A stretch of DNA of 63,936 nucleotides, counting the filler, from Octopus bimaculoides (Eukaryota): NCBI RefSeq assembly GCF_001194135.2. It is 9 parts of 8 records of this genome, joined end to end, with 100 filler letters (N's around TTAATTAATTAA, not from the genome) between each part and the next. Parts side by side here need not be neighbours in the genome. Positions count along the whole stretch, not along the records: positions 1 to 25,618 come from NC_068982.1; 8 more parts are not named here. One strand, given 5' to 3'. How positions within the stretch are numbered: the first letter of the stretch is position 1; every line of letters begins with the position of its first letter. The translations under genes were made by a program, and so were the position numbers. A model generated the notes under the pieces. That model searched no databases and was not told the origin of the DNA. It was given only the letters and a program-made list of their open reading frames with translations. Below, one piece after another: positions 1 to 14,129 of the stretch.

Positions 1-839
1 CTTGTAAACTTGCTTACATAATTACATATTAAGTGTTATCTTTTTCTTTTTCCTCTGGTACACCTCAAATTGGTTGCACCTGATGTGTACTTCACATTTA
101 CGTTCTATTTAAGGGTCACTATTCTCAAATAAAATTCATTGACTAGCTGGTATTAAGAATAGAATTTTCCTTGCCCATTGTGCTCTTATTATTTCGTTAC
201 CACTTTGAATATATTACTTACATAGTAAACCGGAAAAGCGATACAAACTCGCGTAGCAAGGACACTTCAAGAAGGACATTTTATTATTTGCTGCTCTACC
301 ACTAAACTACTGATGTGTCAAATAAAATTATATAGCAAGATACAAATCTACATTCATGTCTTTCGAAAGATGTCACGGATTATTTTATGGTACATTTAAG
401 AGAAACAGAAAAAAAAAGCGGCCTGTTGTTGACAGCTTGTAGAATTTGCTTGAATAAACAATTTGATGCGATTCATAGTAACTCGAGTTTTCAATATAAT
501 AGAATAATTGGCTTCAATTGTAACTGAAAGCTTTCAGTTGTAAGTGAAGTAAAATTGTAAGACTGATTATGTCTTGGTATTTCGTTATCATCCGAGAAAT
601 AAAGAAAACCAAAAAAATTTGTGATTTTGTTTTCATTTTTTTTTTGTCATTTGATTTTTAATGTCTGCTAGTGGATTTAGTAATTATTCGATATGTGTGT
701 ATAATATCTATGTATGTGCGTATGTATGTATGTATGTATGTATGTATGTATGTATGTANNNNNNNNNNNNNNNNNNNNNNNNNNNNNNNNNNNNNNNNNN
801 NNNNNNNNNNNNNNNNNNNNNNNNNNNNNNNNNNNNNNN

Positions 840-871
<32 letters not shown>

Positions 872-2289
872 TAATGTACATAACGTATGTATACGTATGT
901 ATCTATCTCTATAAGTGTATGCATATTATACCTAACTAAATACATATAGAAATCTACGTGTATGTATGTATAAAGTGATTTTTCTCTCTCTCACTCTCCT
1001 TATATATATATATATCAATGTATATATCCCATTCCTCCCCTCCCTCTTTATAGATACGTACAGATAATTTGTTCCATATTTATACTAAGAGACGTGTTTA
1101 GTTAATGTCTCCTTAATTCTTATATTTAAACCAATTGAACAACAAGCCATTTTCGATTTTCCACTCAAATAGCTGGTATTATACATTCCTATATCGTAAT
1201 AAGCTACTCTCCACACAAAGCACATTTTACCGTTATCACATTTTCAATTTTGCCCTTTACTTCCATTCTCAAAATAGTTTCTAAATAATGGTCTCCTCAC
1301 ATAAACGTGTCCGAAGCATTCTGACAACTGAATAAAACTAAAGCACTTTATATTTTCTGTAAGCAATGTTATTATTTCAACTTGGCACCAGATCCACATT
1401 GATCAGCCTTACGTATCATATAAGGGTTACAGTCATGATCACCTCGTCATCCTTTCTTATATTCTTTATCTATAAATACAGTTTTTATGTGAATTTCTAT
1501 TTTTTAGACGATCAAATGTAATTTAACGGGAATTCCTTCGATATTACTTGCACGACAAGAGACTACGTATAAACTTTCTTGCTTTGGATCGTTGAAGGAA
1601 CAATCTGGAACAGTCATGGCAGCTTCCACCACCAATACCACCATCTTCATCACCACCAATACCATCACAGCCACTACCACTACCACCACCACTACTAGCG
1701 ACCTATTCCTGAGAAAGATGATCGAGATTAGTTGAAACTTATTTGAAAAAAAAATTGAAAAACTAATTAATACAGCTGTAAAATGTACAATAAAAGATCA
1801 TACAGATTAATTACAAGATATCGATTTAGAATGAAAAATAGAAGCAAAAGAGTGGATGAAAGAGAAAGCGAGAGAGAGAGAGGGGGGTACAGAGAGTGAA
1901 AGCAATACAGACGCGAGTAGGAAAGAGCGTGATTAAAATAAAAGAATTATGGAAAAAAGTTCATGGTAAAGAATATGTTTAAAAAAGTAAATCGAAGATA
2001 TGAGTGCCACCAGATCGATAAAACAAAACTGAGATTTATTTACCTTTAATAGCTACAAAGAAATTGTGTCAAGTTCGAAATGACAAATGTATGAATAAAA
2101 AATTATCGATGAAGTGACAGTGAATACGCATTACAATAAAGTTAATTTTGAGCCAAACAATGTATTATCCTACAAGAAAAGCAAAAGAACGAAACAAATT
2201 TAGAAATAGATTGCACTTTATTTTGTATATCACAAGAGACATAGATTATCAGGTAAAGCTAAAATGTTATAATGATTTTCCACTACTAA

Positions 2290-2514
2290 ACCCTACACCT
2301 AGAACCTAAAAGCAAAAAAAAATTCCTATCATAGTAGGCGCATTAGATGTGATTAAAAAAAAACATTCTAGCAAATACTTAACAAAAACACCAGGAGTTA
2401 CAAGTATATATAACACACACAAAATTGAACTACTAAGTACAGCACACATCCAATGCACAGATACCTACGCTCGGTAGTGCAGTAAAAACACGTCATTAAA
2501 ATAAGATTACTGAA
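2290..2514 (+). mobile_element. 3' end of R4/Dong-like non-LTR retrotransposon (degenerate)
   Basis: Clearly homologous to 22929-23274 (attcctatcatagtagg..., gcacacat..., cgctcggtagtg). Its terminus aaaataagattactg runs directly into an (AAT)n array at about 2515. Confidence 0.75.
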
Positions 2515-2586
2515 TAATAATAATATTAATAATAATACAAACAACAACAACAACAACAGTAATATTAATAATTATAATAATAATAA

Positions 2587-4330
2587 TTTCCTCCAATGAT
2601 TCATGAGAATGAAGGAAAAGAACTATGGTGGAAAAGAAGAATAAAGCAATTAATGAACGAACTGCGGAAACATATCAACATTTTGTAAAGAAAAAAGAAA
2701 AGGCGAAACAAAAAGTTGAGGAAAAATGTCAGGAACTAGGTTGTAGATATAAAATAAAATTAAAGGGGCTAAATGTAGTTCTTGAAGAGCTGAAACACAG
2801 ATTGCAGGCTAATGCGTCAAAGATCAAGAGTCATTGCCAAAGAATTGAAGAATATAAAAATCAACAGATTGTTCTAAATATATCAGAAAAGGGTTTAACA
2901 ACAGCTGAATGGAAAGGTAAAGAGCACTGAGAAAGTAAGAAGTTTTGGAGTAACATCTGGGCTAATGGAAGTAAGCATAACAAAGATGCTAGATGGTTGA
3001 ATGAATTTAAGGTCGGAAAAATATGAAGTAAAACAGAGTAATATAACAACAACGACTGTATTGGTAGCCGAACAGAAAACAATGATCCCAAACTGGAAAT
3101 ACTCTGGTCCTGATGGTTTATGAGGATATTGGCTGAAAAGGTCTCCAGCTCTACACAGAAGAATAGCCACGCAAATGGATAAAATGATCAACAACGTGGA
3201 GCAAATCCCAGACGGCCTAACTACAGGTAAAGCAATTCTTTGCCAAAAGGATTTCAGCAAATGCAATGCAGTGGATAATTACCGGGCTATCACCTGTCTG
3301 CCACTGATGTGGAAGTTGATGATAAGAATGTTGTCTAATTATGAGTTTAACTTGTCGGAAATGAACCACAAACTGCTAGTGGAACAGAAGGGATGCAAAA
3401 GAAAAGCCGAGGGACAAAATATCAACTACTCATACATAGAATCGTCCTGCACGACTGCAAGAAAAACCTACTAACTTGGGCATGGTGTGGACCGATGATA
3501 AGAAAGCGTATGACATGGTTCCCCATTTCTGGATTTTAGAAAGACTTGAACTGAAACAGGTGTCTGATAACAATTCAAATTTTATCAAGTGATCAATGAA
3601 AAACTGTAGTAGAGTGTTAACTTCAAGTGGAAACGTTTTGGTGAGAATTAACATCAAAAGAGGCATATTTCAAGGAGATAATCTATCACCACTGGTGTTT
3701 GTGATTTTTATGATACTGCTCACACAGATATTATCAAAATTACATCAGGGTACGCCTTGAAAATTGGAGGAAAATTAAATCATCTGTTATATATGGATGA
3801 TATTTAAAGATATTTAGGAAGACCGAACGTGAAATAAAAGCCTAGATTTGACAGTGCAGATATTCAGTAAGGATATCGGGATGGAATTTGTGACTAAAAA
3901 GTTTGGTATGCTTATAATACAAAGAGGCAAATTAGTGACGTCTGATGGCGTAGAACTACCCAACCGCGAGAAAACCAAGGATATTGAGACTAATGGACAT
4001 ATATATATATCTGGGGATGTTGTTGGGATATACCACAATCAAAGAAAGTGAAATGAAGGAAAGCTTTAGGTTAGGATAGTTCAGAAGAACAAAATTGATG
4101 ATGGAAATTAGGCTCAACTGAAAGAAACAAGACCAGAGCAATAAACACATGGGCTCTTTCCTTAATGTTATATGGTGCAGGTGTTTTGTTACATGGACAA
4201 AGAATGATCTTGAGGAAATGAATAGAAAAACCAGTGAAGTGATGACAATTAACAAGGAACTACAAGGTGCTACTGGAGCCGCTATAAACTAATTAGATCC
4301 GAAATTATTGGCCTTATGCAAAAATTTGTT
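2587..4330 (+). pseudogene. Decayed R4/Dong-clade reverse transcriptase (frameshifts and stops)
   Basis: RT motifs read in order across frames: GPDG (~3105), NYRAITCLPLMWKL (~3277), EQKGC (~3382), W-D-KKAYDMVPH (~3485), GIFQGDNLSP (~3663), HLLYMDD (~3781). This motif set is typical of R4/Dong elements. Confidence 0.88.
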
Positions 4331-4358
4331 ATCATTATTAATATTATTATCGAATGCA

Positions 4359-4755
4359 GCGACCAGGCAGAATCGTTACAATGCTGAGAAAATGCTTAGT
4401 GGCATATTGTCCGTCGTTATGTCCAGAGTTCAAATTTCTACCGGGTCGACTTTACTGTTTCTCTTTTCGTGCTCGATAAAATAAGTACCAATTAAGAACT
4501 GGGGCTAATGTAATCGAATTATACCATCCCTTGAAATCACGGGCCTTGTGTCGAAATTTGAAACAATCTCAAAGTGGTTAGCAGGTAAAATCCTTAGTAC
4601 GCTGGACAAGTTGCTTAGCGGCATTTCGTCCATCCTCATCTTCTGAAATCCTATTTTACCGAGGTGGACTTTGCCTTTCATCCTGGCGAGATCGATAAAT
4701 TAAGTACCAGTGAAACACTGGGGTCGATGTACTCGACTTACCCCTCGTCCAAGCT
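4359..4755 (+). mobile_element. Two tandem degenerate copies of SINE family A
   Basis: Both match the family-A pattern seen intact at 35711-35930 (gcttagcggcatttcgtcc...gtcgactttgcctttcatcc...aagtacc...ggggtcgat). Confidence 0.75.
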
Positions 4756-4941
4756 GCCCTGTGAAGGTTCCATCAATCTTGCTTTCTGTCTTTTTTCGTC
4801 AAAGTCAATATTGATGAATTGTAGATTTTATTTTTCCGATTTCTATTACACTTTTGACAGTCATCTTCCCTAATTAATCTAATAACCACCGCAATACCGA
4901 CGATAAAGATTATAATGATGAAAACGAAGAAGAGGAGATAG

Positions 4942-4948
<7 letters not shown>

Positions 4949-5009
<61 letters not shown>

Positions 5010-5145
5010 CGTTATTATGATTTTAGGATTCAGTTAACTCCTCTAGTATGTATACAGTGGCATTGTTATCAAGTGAACGTCATTTCGGCATCTAATGTTC
5101 CTTCCGAAATATCATTCGCATCATAACAATGGCACTGTCCAATAA

Positions 5146-5201
<56 letters not shown>

Positions 5202-5606
5202 TATTATTATTATTATTAGTAGTAGTATTAGTAGTAGTAGTAGTAGGCAGCAGTAGTAGTAGTAGTNNNNNNNNNNNNNNNNNNNNNNNNNNNNNNNNNN
5301 NNNNNNNNNNNNNNNNNNNNNNNNNNNNNNNNNNNNNNNNNNNNNNNNNNNNNNNNNNNNNNNNNNNNNNNNNNNNNNNNNNNNNNNNNNNNNNNNNNNN
5401 NNNNNNNNNNNNNNNNNNNNNNNNNNNNNNNNNNNNNNNNNNNNNNNNNNNNNNNNNNNNNNNNNNNNNNNNNNNNNNNNNNNNNNNNNNNNNNNNNNNN
5501 NNNNNNNNNNNNNNAGAAGAAGAAGAAGAAGAAGAAGAAGAAGAAGAAGAAGAAGAAGAAGAAGAAGAAGAAGAAGAAGAAGAAGAAGAAGAAGAAGAAG
5601 AAGAAG
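4949..5606. repeat. Compound trinucleotide microsatellites (ATT)n, (AGT)n, gap, (AGA)n
   Basis: Directly visible. These generate the poly-L, poly-E and poly-F ORFs in the track. Confidence 0.95.
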
Positions 5607-5999
5607 GGCAACGATAACAGCGATGCTACTGCTCATGAGGATGATGAAGACCTGATCAAATATATCACCGTTATGTTATACACGAGTAACATCAAGAATG
5701 GTGAAACGTTAAGCTTATTTATATTAATTTTGCTACCTTTACGAATCTTTAATCAACATATCCACATGATACCACATACAGTTAATCACGAGCTTAAACT
5801 GAGAAATATTTTCTCATACCAGGATAACAAAGTTGTTTATCTCTCAGCTCTATACCTATCTGAATTGTTCTACACAGCTAGTACTTTTTGCATTTTCAAA
5901 TTAAAGATATTAGTTTTTTTTCATTTAATATATATGTGTGTGCGTGTGCGTGTGACTGAGTGTGTTTGTGTGTGTGTGTTTGTCTATACTTATCTATTT

Positions 6000-6038
6000 A
6001 CTGATTCCAAAGATTCCGAATTCGATTCCAAGCAGTGA

Positions 6039-6118
<80 letters not shown>

Positions 6119-6285
6119 GCAACAACAACATCGAAAAATACCTTAGGAATGAGAACCCATGTTCGAAATTTCCCCAAGACATCTGATGAAGACTGGAGGA
6201 CATATCAGCCGAAATGTTGTGTTAATAACAAACAAGATGAGGACAAATATCCGTCGAATGTAAATAATGTACATATTTCTTCATC
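6000..6285 (+). mobile_element. PLE-terminal-repeat-like element with internal (AAT)n, ending in a hammerhead motif (family H1)
   Basis: Sequence gtgacctg(aat)n...aacatcgaaaaataccttaggaatgagaaccc...ctgatgaag...gccgaaa...gaggacaaatatccgtc. A CTGATGA...GAAA core near the end of a repeat is known in Penelope-like terminal repeats. Confidence 0.55.
6178..6223 (+). ncRNA. Type I hammerhead ribozyme-like motif, family H1 (degenerate)
   Basis: GACAU (stem I 5') - CUGAUGA - A - GACUG/loop/CAGCC (stem II, one mismatch) - GAAA - UGU - U - GUGUU (stem I 3'). Confidence 0.6.
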
Positions 6286-8091
6286 TCTTAAATATAGATC
6301 TGAAGTATAAACATATTCCTTAGAAAAGCTTTTCCTTGTGCTGTTCTTATATAGGCACGAATAAATATTAAAAAAATGAAAAATTTATAAACATACATAT
6401 TTTTGTCGGTGTGTGCATATATAATCACATGTACACGTAGAAACATTTTTGTTTTCCAAGCGCACAAAAAAAAAATAAATAAATAAACTGACACATTCAA
6501 ATTTAAAAAGAAAATACCTTAGCTGAATGCGAAAGCCGTGTTTTTTTGTTATTTTTCTTTAATATCCTTAAATATATATGAAATTAATACAAAGAAACGG
6601 AATATAAACGATATATTCACTGGCAACAGATCTAATCAATTAACAACCAAGCATAGAACAATGGAAGATGGATTGCCGAAATGACGAATAGCCATTTCCG
6701 CTTTTTAAAAACGAATTGAGTTTAACGTATGATTGAAATATATGCGCATTTCATTTCAGTTTTATTTATTGTACGTCATGCATTTTTATACACACGAATA
6801 TTTTTTAAATATTTTGCTTTTTTAATTAAATCTCTATTTCAAAGTATTAATCTCGAGTAGTTGTGCATGTTATTGTAGGTCTTCTTTGGGTATTGTTTTA
6901 TTTCAATATTCAAAACAGAATTGTCAGAGGGCTTGTGCACACACATTTATTTCCACGTATGCTTATGTAACAGGAAGTTGCATTCGTATATATTTTGTGT
7001 TTATGGAAATATACCTAATGATATTAAAATAATAATGATGATGAAGATCATGATGATTATGCTTTTTTTTCTCATCAACGTCAGAAACATGGAATTGTTT
7101 TTATTTCAAAAACAATTTTTTTTTACGCAAAATCCTTGGAAGCTTGCTTCCGTTCTCCTATCATTTTTGTTTCAAAAGTAGTTATTCTGAAACAAGTTAC
7201 AGAATTTGAAAAAGTTCTCTTCCACGAATGTTAAAAGCTTGGAAGCTCTCTTTCTCTTGCACTCTCTTTTCAGAAACATAAGATTAGTTAAAATATTCTA
7301 TAATTTTTCTTTGTATTTCGTTCGTTTTTTCGTCACTGCTTCGACTAATTCTTTAAATACAGTTATTTTGAGTCGGGTTACATTATATCCTTTATAAATC
7401 CTTTAATCTTTTCTTATCAACATTGGAAATGTAAAAGTTTTTTTAAATTTCTCTTCATTACAAACGTATATAACTTTTCACACATCAACGTGGTAAGCTT
7501 GCTTGTGCGCGATATCACTATCAATTCCCGACACCCTCAGCTATACGAGAAGTCGTCATTCTAAGCCTTGATTACCCTGCGATTACCCTGACGTAGGGGA
7601 GGAGAAGGGTTACACAGCTGATTAATGGCGTCGGTGTAATCGGCTAGTGCCTTGACTTGAATTTCAGGCGTTGTGTTTCCAATAGAATGACTAATTCAAA
7701 AGACGTAAAGCGGCGGCGTGGTGTCAGAATTGGTAGCGAGTCGGAAAAGAATACGTAGTAGCATTTCCTACTGCATTTTACGTTCTCAGTTGTAATGCAA
7801 CTCTTCTCACAAAAATTACTGGTCGTGTACAAAAACATGTAACCAGTATTTATAATTATAGTCGTATACATTTTTGCTACACTCATGTTGAAATCATTTA
7901 TTAAAAATAACGAAGATGGAGCTTAGACTATATTTACATGTTAAGTCCGAATCGTAGGCAACGATCATAATTTTAACAGTATATGAGGTATTCTGTTTTT
8001 CTCACGTTTTGTATCACCTACACTACTTTGCTGCGTGTCTCTTCATTCTAAATGTACGTACACTTTGTATATCTTTGCGTGTGCGGTTGTG

Positions 8092-8145
<54 letters not shown>

Positions 8146-11100
8146 NNNNNNNNNNNNNNNNNNNNNNNNNNNNNNNNNNNNNNNNNNNNNNNNNNNNNNN
8201 NNNNNNNNNNNNNNNNNNNNNNNNNNNNNNNNNNNNNNNNNNNNNNNNNNNNNNNNNNNNNNNNNNNNNNNNNNNNNNNNNNNNNNNNNNNNNNNNNNNN
8301 NNNNNNNNNNNNNNNNNNNNNNNNNNNNNNNNNNNNNNNNNNNNNNNNNNNNNNNNNNNNNNNNNNNNNNNNNNNNNNNNNNNNNNNNNNNNNNNNNNNN
8401 NNNNNNNNNNNNNNNNNNNNNNNNNNNNNNNNNNNNNNNNNNNNNNNNNNNNNNNNNNNNNNNNNNNNNNNNNNNNNNNNNNNNNNNNNNNNNNNNNNNN
8501 NNNNNNNNNNNNNNNNNNNNNNNNNNNNNNNNNNNNNNNNNNNNNNNNNNNNNNNNNNNNNNNNNNNNNNNNNNNNNNNNNNNNNTATATATATATATAT
8601 GTATGTATGTATATTTTCAGTTGGAGTAGTTTTGTATAAAAAGCATATCAGGTGGAACTAAAAGGTTAATATAAGAGAAATCAACTCTAAAATGAGAAGA
8701 AAAAATATTTCTTTCTACGGCATAAAAAGTGAAAGAATCCAATAAGAATTTACAAGCCTATAGAAAATGTACACACGGAGACAGCAGAACAGTTTAACAA
8801 TGGTTGAAGTTCTTTAAAATGTCAGCCACTTACTAACTCCCTAAATACATTGAATTAACAGGTGACTTATAATAATGTAATATTTTTCCTTATAAACCTA
8901 TTTGAATGCCTATATGCATACACCCATTCACGCACACAGATATTCATACATAGATATTTGAATGCAAGCATCCATCCATTTACATAGACGTAGTTACATA
9001 CATATACGTATATGTATATGAGTCCAGGATGGTGCGAAGATCACCATTAATATGCGAACGTTTTATATGTATTGAATATGTTTATCAGCTGCATAACAAT
9101 TCGAAAAGTGTTTCGGAGAACACATTCCTTTTATGCGTCCTATGTATAGAAAAGGATACGCCTAAATTTATAAGGGGCGTCAAAGGAACGCAGTGTTTTC
9201 ATAGGTACTGAGTAGCTTCATATCTCGGGTGCCAGTTATCATAGTTCTTGTATGTGTGTGCGGATGTATATATGTGAGGGTCTGGTGATGGATATCATTA
9301 TCAAGAATGGCAAAGTACTTCGCATGTGTTACTGTAGTGTTTGAATTTCGTGTCAAACTGATACAAAATTTTGCATGCGTAGAAGAAGACCATAGGGGAT
9401 TATTTAATTTGAGCATCAGCAGAGACCAAGAATTAATTATAAAGAAGAACACTGCAGTCTTCCTGGTGCGAATATGCCCAGAGACTACGGAATTGTTGAA
9501 TATTCTCTTGTGGAAAACGAATCTACACCTTCTGACCTATCTGTTGTCAAAAGCAATCCTCTCAATCGACAATGGTTTCTCAACACACTTTCTTCAGACG
9601 ATTAATAGATAAAATGATAATAAGAAATCTCCAAATAAAGTTCTCAATAACTTGCAATGTTGTTAGTTTTATAGAGTTGCAAAAACCTGCTCATGGAGAC
9701 AATTTTGCAATTTTTCTGATACCAATTTCTTGAGGACTAAATATAGAGATTTGTTAATTTACTTCTAACCTAACAATGTTTCTTCCGTAAATGATTTTCG
9801 TCAAGAAGTAATGTTATGAAGCACACCAAGTATTATTGACTTTTCATAAGATATTTACGTAGAAATGTTTTGAATTTGACCAATTCTTTCTCTTCAAATT
9901 GTACTTTTTTTTATCTGAATGACGATAGTTTTCAAATGTATCTATTTCCTATTAAAAAAATGAATGAATTTGCACTTATTCATTCCCATAAGATGCAATT
10001 ATAAAAAACAAATCAATATATGGGTCAAATTTCATATGTACCATTCCCCAGATATTATTCTCGATCACGTTTCCACTGTGGCCTGCTTGATTGGGCGTTA
10101 ATGGTATAAACTATCAAGGTCATCACTGAGCACATTATGAATTGGGTTTTCACTGGAGTATTTGTGAACGCACAAGAAACGGGAATCAATGAGACGTAGC
10201 AATTGTTCTGAAGTAAATGTAATTTTTTCCATTTATGAGAAATGTTCAACAGTTTCTCACCACATACATCGTATCTTACGTAGTTTTTCCCTTTATACAT
10301 TTCCCTTTATACTTTCTGTGTCTCTCCCTTTCCAAAATAATTTCCTATATAATGAGCGCTACTAACTCTCTTAACCCGTCACTCATAAGATATCATTTAT
10401 ATTCCTCAACCTGCTGTAAGACTACCTCTCTCTGTATAAATGTCCTAGAAATTTCACATTGCCTTGACCTTGTTATCTCATTTCATTTATCATATATATA
10501 TATATATATANNNNNNNNNNNNNNNNNNNNNNNNNNNNNNNNNNNNNNNNNNNNNNNNNNNNNNNNNNNNNNNNNNNNNNNNNNNNNNNNNNNNNNNNNN
10601 NNNNNNNNNNNNNNNNNNNNNNNNNNNNNNNNTATATATAACTAAAACGGAATAACGAAGTTAAGGTTATGATATTTATATTAATATGATTTGGAAAATC
10701 TAGAAAGCTGCTGAATGTTCGAGGAAGCTGTGAGAATATGTTGAAATTTCTGGCAATTTCGAGAGCGATATCTCTCATTAAGTCAGCATTAACTCTAAAA
10801 GAAATATTCTTGAAAATAGGGAAACGTCAGAATATCTTTCCCAATGTAACAAAAGTAAAGTTTAAAAAAAATAATTACTTTTTATACTATTTATATACAT
10901 GTAATAAAGAAACAACCCTACAAAAGCAGTAAACATTTTAATAAATAGAGTCATATATAGAGTTTAGATAACTTTAACAGAAACAATATAGTTATGCATT
11001 TGTGTTCCTTCGTGGATAATGACAACGTGTAAAATAATGTGGATCTGAGGCCCTAGGTTCGGTCCGCAATTTGGTCAAGTACATTAAAGAATACTTTCGT

Positions 11101-14100
11101 ATAGATGAAGTTTCTGCTAAAAAAAAGAAACATCTATAGTCGCATGCGTGGCTTTGTGGGAAGAAGCTTGCTTCCCAAACTGCGTGGCACTTTGGGCAAG
11201 AGTCTTCTACTATAGCCTCTGGCCTACCAAAGCCTTGAAAGTGGATTTGGTAGATGGAAACTTAAAGACTCCCATCGAATATATATATGTATGCATATAT
11301 TTTTGTATGTGTATACTACATATTTGGGAAATTCTGTCTGTGGGTGTGTGTGTGGGGTTGTTAGCTAACTCGTCCTACATTGTTTTATCGATTTTGATGA
11401 AACTTGATACGAGAACAGAACTCATGTCTGGAAACCTCATGGCATACACAGATTACTGAAAAAGTCGATGATAGGGACCCTGGAAGAGATCCTTATATAT
11501 ATAACCAAGGGAAATAACTCATTCCTGTTCCTAAATTATTCCGTAAAATTGTGTATATTTATCTCTTAGAATTATTTTCGCAATTTATCCAGTGCAACTT
11601 TTAAACAAGTAAGTAGTATTTTCATAAACAATAGATCCAATTATTTCGGTTAGTTACTTATTCACAAATATGTCAACACTAGCACTCCTACGGGTAATAT
11701 TTTCTGGGAACGCATTAAAGCTTTTTTCATGGCTACTTAATTTGAATTTTTACCATGAGTACACTAATTCCATGTTATTACATAACTGACTTCACAATTT
11801 GTGTATTCATAACTTATTGGGAATTCCTAAAAACAAGATCTTGTGTAAGACCGTTCGGTATTCCTTGTGAATGAATAAAAAACGTTTAAAGGGCTACATG
11901 TTTGTATTGTTGTTATCGGATTATATATATGTATGCATATATATATATATANNNNNNNNNNNNNNNNNNNNNNNNNNNNNNNNNNNNNNNNNNNNNNNNN
12001 NNNNNNNNNNNNNNNNNNNNNNNNNNNNNNNNNNNNNNNNNNNNNNNNNNNNNNNNNNNNNNNNNNNNNNNNNNNNNNNNNNNNNNNNNNNNTGTGTGTG
12101 TGTGTGTGTCCCTACCATCGCTTGAAAATTGGTGCTGGTGTGTTTACGTCCACGTAACTTAGCGTTCCGGAAAAAGAGATCGGTAGAATAAGTACTAGGC
12201 TCACAAAGAATATACTCTGGGTTCTATTTGTTCGACAAAAGGCTCCTGTATGGCAGCAGTCAAAATGACTGAAACATGTAAAAAAAAAAAAAACTAAAAG
12301 AACTAAAGAAATTCTATAACCAGGACGTTATAACTATCGTGAAAACTCACAGACACAATTTAAAGTTTAAGATGCTTATTCCTTAATAATAAAATAAGAG
12401 AACTGCAAATCAAACAATCTAATGCAACACTACATGTTTTAGTTTAGTCATATACCAACATGTTTATGTGGATATGATGTAAGATCGTTTTTCTACTTTC
12501 TATTTGAAAGGTGTTTTATAACTGAAATAGTAAAATATGATAGTACTATAAGTTATTGGTGCAGTTATTCTTTTGTTTCTGCTCGTTCATTTCCAATTTA
12601 CAATCTCTCAATTTTTAAAGAAACTCAAGATCCATTTAACAATCTTATATCAATTATACTGTATACAATTTCATAAATGCGCTCGTGTGTGTGCATGCCT
12701 GCTTATGCAGATACACACACATATATATAAGATCNNNNNNNNNNNNNNNNNNNNNNNNNNNNNNNNNNNNNNNNNNNNNNNNNNNNNNNNNNNNNNNNNN
12801 NNNNNNNNNNNNNNNNNNNNNNNNNNNNNNNNNNNNNNNNNNNNNNNNNNNNNNNNNNNNNNNNNNNNNNNNNNNNNNNNNNNNNNNNNNNNNNNNNNNN
12901 NNNNNNNNNNNNNNNNNNNNNNNNNNNNNNNNNNNNNNNNNNNNNNNNNNNNNNNNNNNNNNNNNNNNNNNNNNNNNNNNNNNNNNNNNNNNNNNNNNNN
13001 NNNNNNNNNNNNNNNNNNNNNNNNNNNNNNNNNNNNNNNNNNNNNNNNNATAAAGATTAATTCTGGAATTTGCTGTAGCTAATGACTTTCAGTTGATCAT
13101 GTCATTTCATTTAACCGAACTCATATAATACAATGGATACGTCTTTGATATCTTTTTGTCTAGAATTCTTAAATCATTGCTTTACAAATTTGTATTCTTT
13201 TTTTATTTACAATTTTTCAGTGAATTCTTTCGAAATGATAAATTATTATCATTATAATTTCATAACTAGCTAATATATTATTAAAAAGCAAATTTATTGC
13301 AATTATTTATGTATGTATAATTTTGTGTAAGAAATTAATCATTCATTTCTATATTCATTTTAATTATAACCTTTTGTTAATATACTGGTTTTGATTGATA
13401 TCAAATAACGTTATTTATGAAATTTAAAAGCATGGAAGAAATGTAAATAAAACAAAATATAACACTCCTATAAGAGAAACATATTTAAAAAATAAACAGA
13501 ATTGTAATTAGGTTTAAACATTTTCTTTAACAGACCATTATAATGTAATCTGAGAACTGAAATGATTTATGCATTATCATATCCACGTTTACAAATTTTT
13601 TAAAGACTTAATTATTGAGTATAGGCATAGCCGTCTGGTTAAAAAGTTCGCTGATAGATCAGGATTACTGGGTTCGAAGACAATGCAGAGTACATTAAAG
13701 AAAGTGCAATTCTTTAGGCTCGTCTTGGTTGAATGTTACGAATAGAATTTGAAGCACGGAATCGGTGAAGAATCCAGTCGTCTCCTCACTCTCTGTACAT
13801 AGAGACATACATACATACATACATTCATAAATACATACATACATACATACATACATACATACATAGATACATACATACATACATGCATACACACACACAT
13901 ATATGAATCTAGAGAAATTAAGTTTTGAGAAAGTAGTTTCTGAAAACCAGAAAGAAGAAAGATGATTCGATCCAATCCATCACAGGAACTGGAAAAAAAA
14001 AACAAAAAAACTGTAAGACTTTCCAGAGGTTTATTAATTAGGTATATATGATATGCGACTATGTGGATGAGAATACATACATAAAACAAAACATCCGAAT

Positions 14101-14129
14101 CTGTACATATACAAACATACATACATACA

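Noticed and set aside
9307-9612. 101-aa ORF MAKYFACV... in non-repetitive sequence
   Set aside because: No recognisable domain or convincing splice signals. A homology search would be needed to support it.
10087-10122. TGATTGG plus TCAAGGTCA nuclear-receptor site (TCAAGGTCA also at 61962-61970)
   Set aside because: Isolated short motifs are expected by chance in 64 kb and there is no supporting cluster.
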